Origin: Camelus dromedarius
Lineage: Eukaryota
Assembly (NCBI RefSeq): GCF_036321535.1
Contig: NC_087436.1
Location: 19,098,001-19,162,000, forward strand
Length of the DNA stretch: 64,000 nucleotides
Direction of reading: 5' to 3'
This document shows, one piece after another, positions 14,965 to 26,838 of the stretch. The translations under genes and the position numbers were made by a program. The notes under the pieces were generated by a model. That model had not been told where the DNA came from. It saw only the letters and a list, made by a program, of their open reading frames with translations, and did not search any database. Within the stretch, counting starts at the first letter, position 1. Each line of letters begins with the position of its first letter.

Positions 14965-15240
14965 TTTTTTTTAATTTAAGTATAGTTGATTTACAGTGTT
15001 GTGTTAGTTTCAGGTGTACAGCAAAGTGATTCAGTTATACATTTATATATATATTCTTTTTCAGATTCTTTTCCATTATAGGCATCACCAGATACTGAAT
15101 ATAGTTCCTCATGCTACATAGTAGGTTCCTGTTGCTTATCTATTTTATACACAGCAGTGTGTGTCTGTTAATCTAAAATTCCTAATCTATCCTTCCCCCT
15201 ACCTTCCCCCTTTTGGTAACCATAAGCTTGTTCTCTATGT
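14965..15240 (-). mobile_element. L1 3' end fragment
   Basis: PolyT then aagtatagttgatttacagtgttgtgttagtttcaggtgtacagcaaagtgattcagttatac...ggtaaccataagcttgttctctatgt. Confidence 0.9.
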
Positions 15241-15319
15241 GGCAGTGATTGTTTGAAGCAAGGTTGCGTTTCCAATCCCTTGTCCTCTCAAACCTCCTTA
15301 CCACCCCTTGAACTGCCCT

Positions 15320-15720
15320 TTTGATTATCACTTGGACATCCCTTCAGGCTCCTCAAACTCAAGTTATCTGAACCCAAACTCATTCTCGTTTCCCAAACCT
15401 GTTCATCCTTTTATGTTATCCTCTTTAGTAAATTACCAACTACCCACTCCATAAACCTGGTTGTCATCATAGCTCTTCCCTTTCCATCACCCTCCCAACA
15501 TCGAATTAGTCACCAAGTAATTGACATTTTATCTCCTAAATATGTACAAAATCCCACTGCTTCTACTTATCCCCACTGCCTTTACTTTAGCCCCGTGGCC
15601 TCGCCTTTTCATGACTATAAGTCTGCCCTTCTCCCTGCTCCTGGTTCTGCCCTCCTCTCAGCCATTCTCTTGGATCTGGTGTGAATTTCAGAATCACAAG
15701 CTCAAGGATGCTAAATTGAA
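15320..15720 (+). mobile_element. L2 LINE fragment
   Basis: cacttggacatcccttcaggctcctcaaactcaag...aaacctggttgtcatc...ttttatctcctaaatatg is typical of the L2 3' region. Confidence 0.7.
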
Positions 15721-15923
15721 AGTCTTTATTTTTTTATAACTTAATTTTAATTCCTGGCCCTGAGCCTTGATCCTCCCCAGTGTAAAGATCCAATCTTGTC
15801 CCTCATCGGTAAAGTCAATCCAATTCAGTGATTTTTCAGGTTATTCTGGATTCTAACACTCCTTCCCCTCACCCTGTTTTCCTGCATAGAAACAGCACAG
15901 CACTGGTGCTAGGTAGAGGGAAA

Positions 15924-16094
15924 TAGAGTTACTAGGTTAACAAATGAAAATACAAGGCATACACTTCAATTTGACTTTCAAAATATAAGAAACTTTTTTT
16001 TTGGTATAAGTATTCCCATGCAATATTTGGGGTATACTAATACTAAAAAAATCATTCGTAGTTTATCTGATACTCAGATTTATCTGGCAACCCC
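15924..16094. mobile_element. MER53-like palindromic hAT MITE
   Basis: Termini tagagttactagg / atctggcaacccc; internal inverted arms around gtataagtattcccatgcaatatttggggtatactaatac match recalled MER53. Confidence 0.85.
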
Positions 16095-16143
16095 AGGAGT
16101 GGGAGTTTGTCAGCATTTACTCCCAGGTCTTGATCTAGGATCT

Positions 16144-16625
16144 TGTGATAGACACCGAACTTGCTTTGCTAGCATCCATTTCTCTCTTCTTTGCTACCAT
16201 AACTCCAGTTTCATTTGGGGCAGCAGTGTGCCCAAGATCAGGCAGTGTGCCCTGCAGCCAGGGGTGGCCCCATGACACAGTTCTCATCAACAGGATCAAC
16301 GTGGAAAACCCAATAGTAGTTGCAAGAGTGCTTTTGTTTTCCCCAGTGATAGAGTAAGACACAGCTGATAACACCTGACTCTGCCCTTTCTTCTTGCCTT
16401 GAAGGTGGACAAGATGTCTGGAGCTGGGACAGCCCTCTAGTGACTAGTGAGGGGAAGGATAAAACAATCCCAGAGGCACGGGCCTTGAACTTGCCAGGCC
16501 ACTGAATCAAGGCCAGCAGCTGCCTACCTTTAGGCGTCTTGTGCTGTGGGAAATCGAAAACTCTAGTTTTGAAGGCATTGTGAGCCAGGTTTGCTTACTT
16601 GTAGTTGAATGTGTTTCTGACTACA
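16144..16625 (+). mobile_element. MLT1J-like MaLR solo LTR
   Basis: tgtga...agcatccatttctctcttctttgctaccataactccagtttcatttggggcagcagtgtgccc...ttacttgtagttgaatgtgtttctgactaca. Confidence 0.7.
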
Positions 16626-17974
16626 GGGTTCTGTACAGGTGTCTGTCCCTGATGCCCTTGATTCATCCCTTTTGGTCAGCTCTGGAAGTATGCTGACCTG
16701 ACTCTCTGTAGCTCCCCAGTGCTTCTTATTCTCAGTTACAGCTGGGTCCCCCTTCAGTCTCCAATGGGCAGCGCATCCAAAAGACTTTCAGCAGACATCC
16801 CCTTGCTGCGGCCAGTGACACTGTGGCACATGTACCAGCCCTCTCTTGCCGTTCACTTTTATGTCATACACACACACAGAGCCCACTAGACAATTATGGC
16901 ACTCAGCCAGTACTATCCATGGTCTGTGGGAAATTACAGGGTGGGGGACGCTGGTTCACGTCCTCTTCAGCTGAGAAAACCTCTGCAGTGACTTCTGCTG
17001 CCTTTCCATGCCCTTGTGTGGGGGCATTTGGGATTGAAGGGGAGAGAGGACCTGACTCTTCTCAGTGTCTCACTGCTCCCTTCTCCCACCCTCCTCCTCT
17101 GTCTCAGCTAGAGGGCAGAAACAAACAAAAATCTGCGATTGCTTCTCTCTTCTCTGTTTTAAATATTTTTGGTCTTCATTTTGACAAAATGGTGGCTTTT
17201 GACTTTTTGGCCTGGGAATGTGCTTTCCTTACTCTCTTTATGGACTAGTCCTGTAGTAACAGGTGTCCTGCATCAGCTGCCAGGGAGGGGAGCATTGCAG
17301 TTCAGCTGGGATGGTTCTGAAAATACAATCTCACTGAGTCATTTTCTTGACTCAGACCCTTCTGTGGCTCCCTTCGCTCCTAGCTTGGAGTCCAAACTTC
17401 CTGCCATGGCTTTGAGGTCTCCATGATCTGGGTCTTGCCTTCTTTTTTTTTTTTTTTTAACTTCCCTCTCCCAACTCCCTTATTACTGCATTTTGTTCTA
17501 GACCAAAGCTGATCCACTGTGTAAAAACTTCTTAACTTCTTGGTGGATGGGGCTTGGCCATTTTTGTTTTGTTTGTTTGTTTGTTTGTTTTTTAAACTCT
17601 GTAGGTGAGTTGATTGCAGAGCAAGGAGTTGAGAGCCAGTAGTTCAGAATGTCACGTTTCTTAGAGCATTTTCATACATGTAATTTTAGTTGGTTCTTAG
17701 AAGAACCCTGTGATGTACGTAGGGCATAGACTCATATGTGCGTTTCACAGATGAGAAGGAATGAGATGAGAAGAAATGAGGTTAGGAAGAGCTGGCCTCA
17801 ACCTTGGGTGTTCTGAATCTAGGCTCTTCAGTCCACACTGAAATGCTCATTGCTTGTAGTATCACATCATGTCAGTTCTAAGTATTTAATTGTCTCCTCT
17901 TTAAAGAATAACGTAAAATAATTAGGATAAAGCATTTGTGTCATTTGGCCTCTGATTACTTGCTTAGTGGAATA

Positions 17975-18190
17975 ATAACCACCACACAGCTGTTATTCCA
18001 TAGCCCTGCTTATCTCCTATACAGCAATTTTCATCAGCTGAAATTATTTATGATATGTTTACTTATTTGTTGGTTGTGCTCTCCCACTAGAATACAGACT
18101 TCACAAGGGCACTGAATCTATTTGGTCCAGAACAGTGCCCGTCACTCAGTAGGAAACTCAATAGCTATTTGTTGAATAAATAAATGGACT
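17975..18190 (+). mobile_element. L2 3' end
   Basis: ctctcccactagaatacagacttcacaagggca...agaacagtgcccgtcactcagtaggaaactcaatagctatttgttgaataaataaatg. Confidence 0.8.
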
Positions 18191-18503
18191 ATTCATTCGT
18201 CACTTTATCTCCTTGCATATGATTTATTATTAAGTTAGAAGTGAGATATTACATTAACAAATCATTAACTTAATCCAAACTGAAAATAATTTTTAAAAAT
18301 ATATTTGGCAAGAGATTTCAATAATTATTTTCTGCATAAATTAGTGGATGAATGAATGAACCTCTGTAACCTACAGTGAAACCACTTAGTAGAGTACTGT
18401 TTTGATACTAAATGACATGTTTAATTTTTGCTTGGCTTGCTCTTTTGTTTTGTTTTGTTTTGGTGGGAGGCTAATGTATTAAGTATTTTTGGATATTGTC
18501 AGT

Positions 18504-18855
18504 TGCTGTGGTCTGAATGTTGTGTCCCTTAAAATTCATAGGCTGACATCCTGATCCCTAAAGATGTAGGTAAATGGGGCTTTAGAAGGTGGTTAGGTCA
18601 TGAGGGTGGGGTGCTTATAAATGGGATTAGTGCTCTTGTAAAAGAGGCTCCTGAGAACTTCCTGGCACCTTATGGTATGTGAGGGCACAACTAGAACGTG
18701 CTGGCTCTGAAACAGGAAGGTCACCAGAAGGCAACCTTCCTGGAACCTTGATCTTAGACTGCCAGCCCACAGAACTGTGAGCAATAAATTTCAGTTGTTT
18801 ATAAGCTGCTCTGTCCAGGGGTAGTTGGTTCTATCAGCCCAAACAGACTAAGACA
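18504..18855 (+). mobile_element. MLT1A-type MaLR solo LTR with intact 5-bp TSD
   Basis: TG...CA termini (tgctgtggtctgaatg...cagactaagaca), AATAAA at 18783-18788, TSD tcagt at 18499-18503 and 18856-18860. Confidence 0.92.
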
Positions 18856-19141
18856 TCAGTCAACTAGCTTATTTTTCCTTTTCAAAGGGAGCTCAGCTCT
18901 GGAACTGATATATTTATAATGTAATTTCACTAAAATTACTGTATTTAGATAGCTCCTGGCATCTTTCATTAAACTGAAGTTCAATTATAAGTGTTTGAGG
19001 CAAAGATGGTGTTCAGTGCTTTCACTGAGGGAAAAAAAGAAAAACAGCATGATTTAACCTTTAATTATTATCGGATCAAAACAGCTGCACAGATTTCAAG
19101 GATTAAAATAAGGCTTTGAGTGTTCTGATTCTTATTCCCAG

Positions 19142-19365
19142 TTACCGGAACTCGTACAAGAAGAACATCTGTGTGGACATGCTGCGAGATGGTTATCACA
19201 AGTCCTTTACAGAGCTCTTCTCTCTGATGGAGAAGTGGGATGCCCTGAGGGAGGCTGCGAGAGTCAGGTCCCTCCTGTGGGTGCAGAGACCCCTGGAAGA
19301 GCAGCCTGACAAGCTGGATCACTTCTACTACTACCTGACCAGGGCCGAAGCAGCTGAAAGGAAAG
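19142..19365 (+). CDS. TTC29: TTC29 (tetratricopeptide repeat protein 29, sperm flagellar/ciliary axoneme) internal coding exon, 224 bp
   Basis: Acceptor ttcttattcccag|TTACCGG, donor GAAAG|gtaagt. Encodes [74 protein letters not shown], which I recognise as mammalian TTC29. Phase 2 in, phase 1 out. Confidence 0.96.
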
Positions 19366-21914
19366 GTAAGTGGAGGAGGGATTTGGGGAAGCAGGGCTGC
19401 AGAAGCCAGAACAGTGAGCACTCCAGGGAAGGTTCCAAATTGTTTCATGTATGAATTTAAAACGTGAAGACACCTTAGCACAATTCAACCTCATCAACTA
19501 AGCATCTTAATGGAATAAACAATAGGAACACTGAATCACAGGGCTGCCCAGACACAGGGCCATCCTGGTGATGTCACTCTAAGCTAGGAAAGATGATGAA
19601 AGCTCTCCAGAGCTTTCCTTTGTATTAAAATCTTTGGTCTCATTCACTATAAACCTTACCATAGTTTTTTCTTTATATATAATCTAAATACTGACTTCCA
19701 CTGAGGAGATACTTTCAAAGAGTACTATCACTTGAAAATTATACTTATTTGCTTGTGTTTATATAATGTAAATGGAAGGTTTAATCAATAAGGTTTTATA
19801 GATTTCAGAAAATTTTTATTAGTGAATAGTGAGGAGACATGAAAAGCCTGCAATTTACAATTGTGAATAAAATTGTTAACTTTATATTTTCTATCACATA
19901 ACTTCTAATACATTTCTTTTTTTTTTTTTTGGTATCCTAAAATTTTCCAAAAAGTCAATATGTTTCAAGTATTAAAAAAAATATTTTAATCTCTACTATA
20001 ATTATAGTGATATTGTTGTCATAAATATTTCTTAACTTAACCTATTCGGAATTCGTCATTTTATGTAATAAGAGAAATCCCCAAATTTGGCATATAAATT
20101 TGATGTTCTCAGTTATTCTTTTCATCAACTTTTTGTGTGAAAATACCACAGGATTCAAAAGAGAAGCTCAAGCCCCAACATGACAATGTCTTTATTTCAT
20201 TTCAGGCCTTTCTATGGGAAAATAGAGTATTAGACAATTTTTTTTGTTACCCAGTGCTACAATGGGGAAAATTGATGGAGACATAGAATCAGCATGAGAG
20301 GAGTAGCAGGTCTTTTAGTCTCTATAGTGGAGTCAGTACGTATTTCTGAGCAGGTTGTGAGCTGACTTAAAAATACGAGACATACAAAAATCCTAACAAC
20401 ACTACCACAAGTGAACTAGAGTGTGTGGGTGTGTGTGTGTAGACAAGAGGTAATTATTTGATTATTTGTATAATGAAAAGTAACTCAAGATTGACTTTAA
20501 AATTAGAGTCATTTTAAAAATGTGATTTACATATAATGTCTCAAGAAATTAACTGTTACAAATTTTAAAATGCTATTGTAAAAAACTGACATTCAGTAGC
20601 AACCTCAAATTCTTAAGTGATATTTACACTGAAAATAGAATTGATCAAGATAAAATTTGCCCACTAGTCATTTTTTTCAAGTTGTTTTAATAAAGATTTA
20701 CTAAATGTTTTAGAGGTATTCATTTTAGTAGCATAAATAGGAGCCAAACACATCACTAGTCACAAAATGAGAAAATTGTCATAAAGAAACTAAAATGCTA
20801 AATAATCTATTTGAAGACAGAAAACTTTTAATTTATCATTTTTTATTAAAGAAAAAACTGTATGTATAAGTTAAAATGTTTCCCCAACTTCAAAAATTGT
20901 AAAAATCCTAACTTTGTAACAGACAGTATCTTATGCACATGGTACAAGTAATGAAGCATTTTCTTTACTGAGTGGTTTATCATATTTTCATGGTAAGTAA
21001 AGTTGCATTTATTAAATGGAACAAAATTACCTCCTGCTCAGAACAACTCTTCTGTAGATTTATTGCCTTCAAAATGCAGTGACTTTTGCTGGGTTAAAAT
21101 ATGGAGAATTAAAATTACTGGAGAGAAAATTATTAGAAATACTTTGGTTGAAGGACATGTAAACATTTGTATGCTTATTTTTTAAATATATATAATTTTT
21201 CACATTTAACACATGAACTTTACTGGAGAAAAATTGTGAACTGAGTTAAGAGTATCCCAGAAAATGGTATAGGGAATATGCACATTCACACTTATTAACT
21301 TGAATTTATCCAAAATCTCAACCCCCCCCCCCGACACATACACTTAATCTAGAATATAAAAATCTGTTAATGGCACCTCAAAGATTCCATCCCATATGGT
21401 TGTGGGATCTGAGACAATTATCCTGGAGCTGCATATCTCTGAGCATTCTCATTGCTTCTCATTGGAAAGACCATCACTCTAGGGTCACAATGAAGTTCAT
21501 TTAATCAAAGCTATGGCACTAACAATAGTCATCTCGGGTCAGTTCTGTCTCTTGAGACTCGCAGAGCAGGAACCTAGAGTTATTTAAAAATTTACTTTTC
21601 AAAATATCACTTTCTGTTTTATAGCAAAGAAGTGCTTAAAGTAAGCCAGTCATTTCTTTTTTGGATTATTTTGAGTTCGTTAAAGTGTTCCTTTGTCCCT
21701 GATAATACTTCTTATATTTCCTGTTGTTGTGAATCATCTCTGTACCATCTGTAACATTATGATTAGGGCCTTATGCCCCATGGGGCAGGGGAAGAGATGG
21801 CAATAATGGTAATGGGTAACCGAATCAATAGATAATTCAAACATTATTTACACTTGACTTTAAATTGTTGTCAAGGGTTAAGCAGCAGGTTTTTTTCTAA
21901 TAACATTTATTTAA

Positions 21915-22170
21915 GCTACCCAAAGTATGTTCTACTCAAGCATAGTCCTACAGGATGTTTTATACGTTTTATGTAAAGGAAAACAAAAATAATTGTCTGG
22001 TGAAATAAGTTTGAGAAACAACCAGCTGAATTAACATTGACATTAAGCAGGTTGGTTTATTGCAGGACTTATCAGAGCCTTTAATATGCTAATAGTATTG
22101 TGTGGTTCACTGAAAGAGGGAAATTAGTGGAGTATTTTCCAAATTTATTTCATCATAAGATCTCCTTTTT
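21915..22170. mobile_element. hAT-Charlie-type DNA transposon remnant
   Basis: gtgaaataagtttgagaaac...tttattgcaggacttatcagagcctttaatatgctaat...tttccaaatttattt. Confidence 0.55.
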
Positions 22171-24190
22171 AGGTAGCATAATGAATACTTATTTAAATAA
22201 TAAATCAACAGTAAAATTTATTTTCATCTTATAAACATACCTGCTGACAAATCAAGGAAGTGAAATGTTCCACAAACAAGGAGAAAAGGCTGCTTAGAAT
22301 AGAAAGGGTACAAGCCATATATTTGGATTATCCAGAGATTCAAAACTTGAGTATATTCCGTTATACTTAATACTCTGAAGAAACATTCAATTCTTGTATA
22401 GAAAAATAGCTTAGCTGACAAGTAGTCTTTAAATATATAATCTAAATAGTTTATGTACCTCATTCTAAACAAAACCGCAAACTTGGCTTATGAAATTTTG
22501 GAAATGTTTTTCTCTTAAGGTTTAATTACTGAAAAGCAGAAAAATTATTTCAGGATTGTATATATATATTTTTAAAAATCTTTATATAACTTTTTAAAAT
22601 GGAAGATACAAAATGTTTTATTTACAGGCTTTAAAAAAATCACTACTCTAATCACTAAATATGAGAAAGAATAAATATAAAATGTTACAAAACAGATGTT
22701 AATGCTCTATTCATATTAGGCAGAAGGTTCAGAATGGAGAGATAAAGCATAGGAGAAGTCAGTTCTGAAATGAGAGTATTTGTTTCAAGTAAGTAAGTCA
22801 GGGTACCCTCCACTTTTCACTGAAGCTATTGCCTATTGTGAATAACCTTAAAAGCAGAATGGCTCTCCAGAATCCCCAGCTTCTTCAAAAATGGGAGATA
22901 GGGAGAATTTTTTTAACTTTAATTTTTAGATATTAAACTTATTTTGAGATAAATCTTAATTTCCCATGAAATTATGAAGCAGTGTTTGTAAAGGAATGAC
23001 ACAGGTTTTAGGAATTTCTTTTGAAACACTGGAGTGACTTATATACAGTTCTTTAAAGTTAACTTTTGTTATACTCAGCGTGACTTCATTTTTTCTGAGT
23101 CTTTATATTTTAATCTTCTAGAAGTACTAGTGGGCAATATATAAATGCTTTTCATAATTGTAATTCTTTCAGGAATATATAGGTTGACTCTTCTGATAGA
23201 AAAATTAAAATCAGTGAATTCTAACAGATAATGATTGTTACAAACAAACAAAAATCTTTGGAAGGGTAATCCAGAGGCTACTACACATTTACAACTGTGC
23301 TTTCAGCACAAATGCAAAAAAAAAAAAAAAAAAAAAAAGATTATGAATTTGTTCATATTCACCAATAGAGTGAAGTTTATAAGAGTGAGGCATAGTTTAA
23401 CACACATACATTTTTGTTTATGACTGATTGCAGTGAACGTTATAAGACTGATTCACAATATATTGACACTTTTTTTGTGTACAAATAGGTTACATGCCAC
23501 TTTAGGAATAAAAAGAGGGGTTAAATAAGCCAGCAACTGTCTGAGTGAGAGGGATTACTAGTGTTGATGTATTTTCACAGAAAAGATAAGCATAGAAATC
23601 CATTTTTCCTTAACATTGCTAGTAACTTGTATTGCCAGAAAGAGCACTAGAAAGTGTATGAGCTTATCAGATCATCCTGATTATCCTTCCTTGTATCTAT
23701 AAGCTGCATGCATGCTTCCCCCCACCCCATTTTCAGATTCTATCTGCTTTCTTCATTTATCTTTTTGCCATGGTTAATAAACATTACTTTCTCTGGAATC
23801 TCTAAATACTTTTCAAATCTTCAGTGGAAAAAAGTACTTGATGACACCACATACTCATTTCTTCCAAAGGAACTGAGCACATTGCTGATATGGTTTTTGC
23901 TTTTTGTCTTATAAAAGACCAATGTTTCAACCAAAGAGTATGTCAATTTCTAACACGTTCTAATTTTTCAGAAAGATTTTTGTTGCTTTTCTCATGTGCA
24001 CATCCTTTAATTTATATATTTTTAATAGTGAAAACTCATGAATTTAATTTTTGCATTTCCATTTTAAAAAGTTAATCATACTTTTAAGGGAAAATGGAAA
24101 ATAAATGTGACAGTATTGGTTTGCCCTTTGAGGGGATGTGCCATCAGACATTTTTCTAATGCATTTTATAACGTTTTTCTCTCTTTGAAG

Positions 24191-24376
24191 AATACTTTGA
24201 AGACGTCTATAATAACTTGTATGCTCTGGCCTGTTACTTCAATAATTCTGAAGACAAGTGGGTAAGAAACCACTTCTATGAACGATGTTTAAAGATCGCT
24301 CAACTCATCAAAATTGACGGCGGGAAGAAGGAAGCCGAGGCGCACGCACACATGGGACTTCTCTTCGAGGAAGAGG
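24191..24376 (+). CDS. TTC29: TTC29 internal coding exon, 186 bp
   Basis: Acceptor tttttctctctttgaag|AATAC, donor GAGG|gtgagt. Joins the previous exon in frame: (E)YFEDVYNNLYALACYFNNSEDKWVRNHFYERCLKIAQLIKIDGGKKEAEAHAHMGLLFEEE(G). Phase 1-1. Confidence 0.96.
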
Positions 24377-25855
24377 GTGAGTGGCTCTTTGCCCCGCTGC
24401 CCAGGGTGTTTTAAAGGATCCCGAGTCCAGGCAACCAGGAAGCACATGGGGATCGAGAGAAAGACCTGAGGCTTAGTATGAGAATGTAAGTTACTGAGAT
24501 GAGAAAGCAAAGGGGTGTGGTTTTGGACTCACCTTGGGTATTTTTGGAGTCATACCTCTGCCGAGCGCTTAGCCTAGAGTTCCCAGCCGTGTCATCACGG
24601 AGAGAAAGCATCACGGAGAGAAAGCCCTCCACACATCCTTCATCTACATAGGTGCTGCAGCCTTTTGAATTGTTTTTCCTTTCTTAAAAACCTCTTTGTC
24701 CATTTTAGCTTAATTTCTCACGTACAAAAATGGGAACAAGGAAAGGCAGACTTCTTGATTTTGCTAGCGTCCCAAGTCCTATGATATCTATAACCTATAT
24801 AACTCAATACCACCCTATTCTGATTTTATAATAATTTCTGAAGGAAATGTTCCTTTAAAAATAATGTCATACTTAATTATGTTATCTTAAGACAAGCCAA
24901 GGTGTGAAACAACAACAGAAATTTCATCAGCAACGTGTTTTATATGGTGGCTTAATAAAAGTTGGAATTTTAAGAATTAAAATTATTTATGTAAGGATAC
25001 TGGGTAGAGAGCATTCAAATAAAATATTTGGGAAGATGAAAATATTTGATTATGAATAATTCTGTTTCTTCCCTTGAAACACTGTCTCATTTTCCACAAG
25101 AGTTTTGATTTTGGCAAAAGAGTTAAATTAGAGAATGTTTATTATTTTGTGGCTAGAACTGCATAGGACTTTGAGAAAGAGGGGGAAAAGGTTTCTGTAC
25201 TTCAGGATATTGCACATTGTAATCTACAGCGTGGTAGGAGCTGGAACTTGGTCGATAGTCAGGGGCTGTCTTGAGTGAGATGCAGGAAGAGCAGAGCAAT
25301 TCAAGGAAGGGAGAGACCACACAGACTAGATGCAAGGAAGGCGTGATGGAGTCAGTAAGCACTGGTGGTGGCCTGGGAAGACGGGTGGAATTCAGGCAGG
25401 TAAAGAAACAGGAATACGTTCTGTAAGAGGGACCTACATACACTAAAGCGTAATTACAGAAACTAACAGTTCATTGCATTAAGGAAATGCAGCCTATTTA
25501 AAGTGGAAAGTTTATTTCTGAGCAGTGATGGGAACTGAGTATGGAAAGGCAAACTGGGAACATGCCACCATTCAGAGTTTGGGCTTCCATACCTTCAGTC
25601 TAAGGAAAAGATGCTGTGAGTCTGGTTGTGATGCGTCCTGGGGGAGAAGGAAAAAGAAGAAGGGGGGATGGTTAGGAGGCAGCTGCACTAATTTAACCCT
25701 GAAGGGACAGTCCAGAAGCATCGAAGGGAATGTATTTAAACATAGCCATGGCGATACAATTTATGATATCTCAAAATAGGAGATTAGTTAAATGCATTAA
25801 GCAAATTCATGCAGCAGAGTTCTGTGCTGTCATGAATGACAAATCAGAGCAAAAG

Positions 25856-26838
25856 TCATTCATTCAACAAATATTTGTTTAGAACCTAGTTCCTGGGGAT
25901 ATAACAGTTAACAAGACAGACAAAATCTTTGCTCTCATGTCACTAACATTCTACTGGAAAGAACAGGCCTTAACCACTAATAGCTGTGTAACATGTTAAG
26001 TAGTGGTGAGTGCTCAGATGAAAAATAAAGCAGGGTAAAGGGGTATGTAGTGGTTGCTACAGTCGACTGAAATAAATGCACAACCTAAAAGTTGAGAGTT
26101 ATGTTTCATTCGGTGGACAATTCTAAGGACTCAGTCCGGGATGACAGCCTCTCAGATCGCTCTGAGGGACTGCTCCGAAGAGGTAGGGGAGGAGCTAGGA
26201 TATATAGAAGCTTTACAGCAAAGACCAGGTAGTTGGAACGTTAAAAGATTACTTGTTAACTAAAGAAAACCAGACATCTCAAGTTTAAGAATTTAGCGCT
26301 TTTCTATGTATGAGAGGAAGCAAACATTTGGGCTCATTGAATTCACTCCTTTGACAAGCACCTAGCTATCTAGGGCCAGTATCCTGTTCTTTCTTATTCT
26401 GAGTGCCCTCAGAGTGCACCATTGTGAGTGGCTGCAGAGGCCAGGCTGCAGGCGTGTTTTCACTCAGGGGTGGTGGCAGCCGCTAATGACTTGATGGCTT
26501 CAGCATTCTTTGTTTACTGATATGGTTTGCAGTATTTTTCATTCACACTACTTTACAGAATCTCTTCACCTGTTAGAAGGTGAATGAAGTGAGTGAGTGA
26601 GCCTTGTAAAAATCTGGTGTAAGAGTTTCTAGAGAGAGGACTTAGGAAGTGCAAAGGCCCTGAGGCAAATGCATGCTGAGCAGGCTCAAGAACCTGCAAG
26701 GCCCACTTGTGAGCTCAGTGAGGAAGGCTGGAGGTGAAAGGAGAGGAGCTGAGTTTAGACCAGGAGGCTTGCGATCACACTGGGGTTTGTGGGCCAAGCT
26801 GAGGGCTTTGGATTTCATTCTAAATTGTACAGGAAATC
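25856..26838 (-). mobile_element. L2 LINE 3' region, interrupted by an ERV1 LTR
   Basis: tcattcattcaacaaatatttg...aagacagacaaaatctttgctctcatg; resumes after 26551 with aagtgcaaaggccctgaggc...ctttggatttcattctaaa. Confidence 0.85.
26061..26547 (-). mobile_element. ERV1 solo LTR (MER41-like, cetartiodactyl type), 487 bp
   Basis: 4-bp TSD ctac at 26057-26060 and 26548-26551. Minus strand starts TGTGAATGAAAAATACTGC; TATA-like motif at 26200-26206; degenerate polyA signal AATGAA at 26105-26110. Confidence 0.85.

Noticed and set aside
16823..17248. 141-aa plus-strand ORF
   Set aside because: Non-ATG start, no recognisable domain and no convincing splice context.
1..19141. Preceding TTC29 exon
   Set aside because: I found no segment encoding the expected upstream peptide (recalled as ...NFKGLSKEEVAA) with a phase-2 donor; it is probably 5' of the window.
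19068..19497. ORFs 19116-19454(+), 19068-19481(-) and 19264-19497(-) as stand-alone genes
   Set aside because: The + ORF is the TTC29 exon plus intron read-through; the minus ORFs are antisense shadows of that exon.
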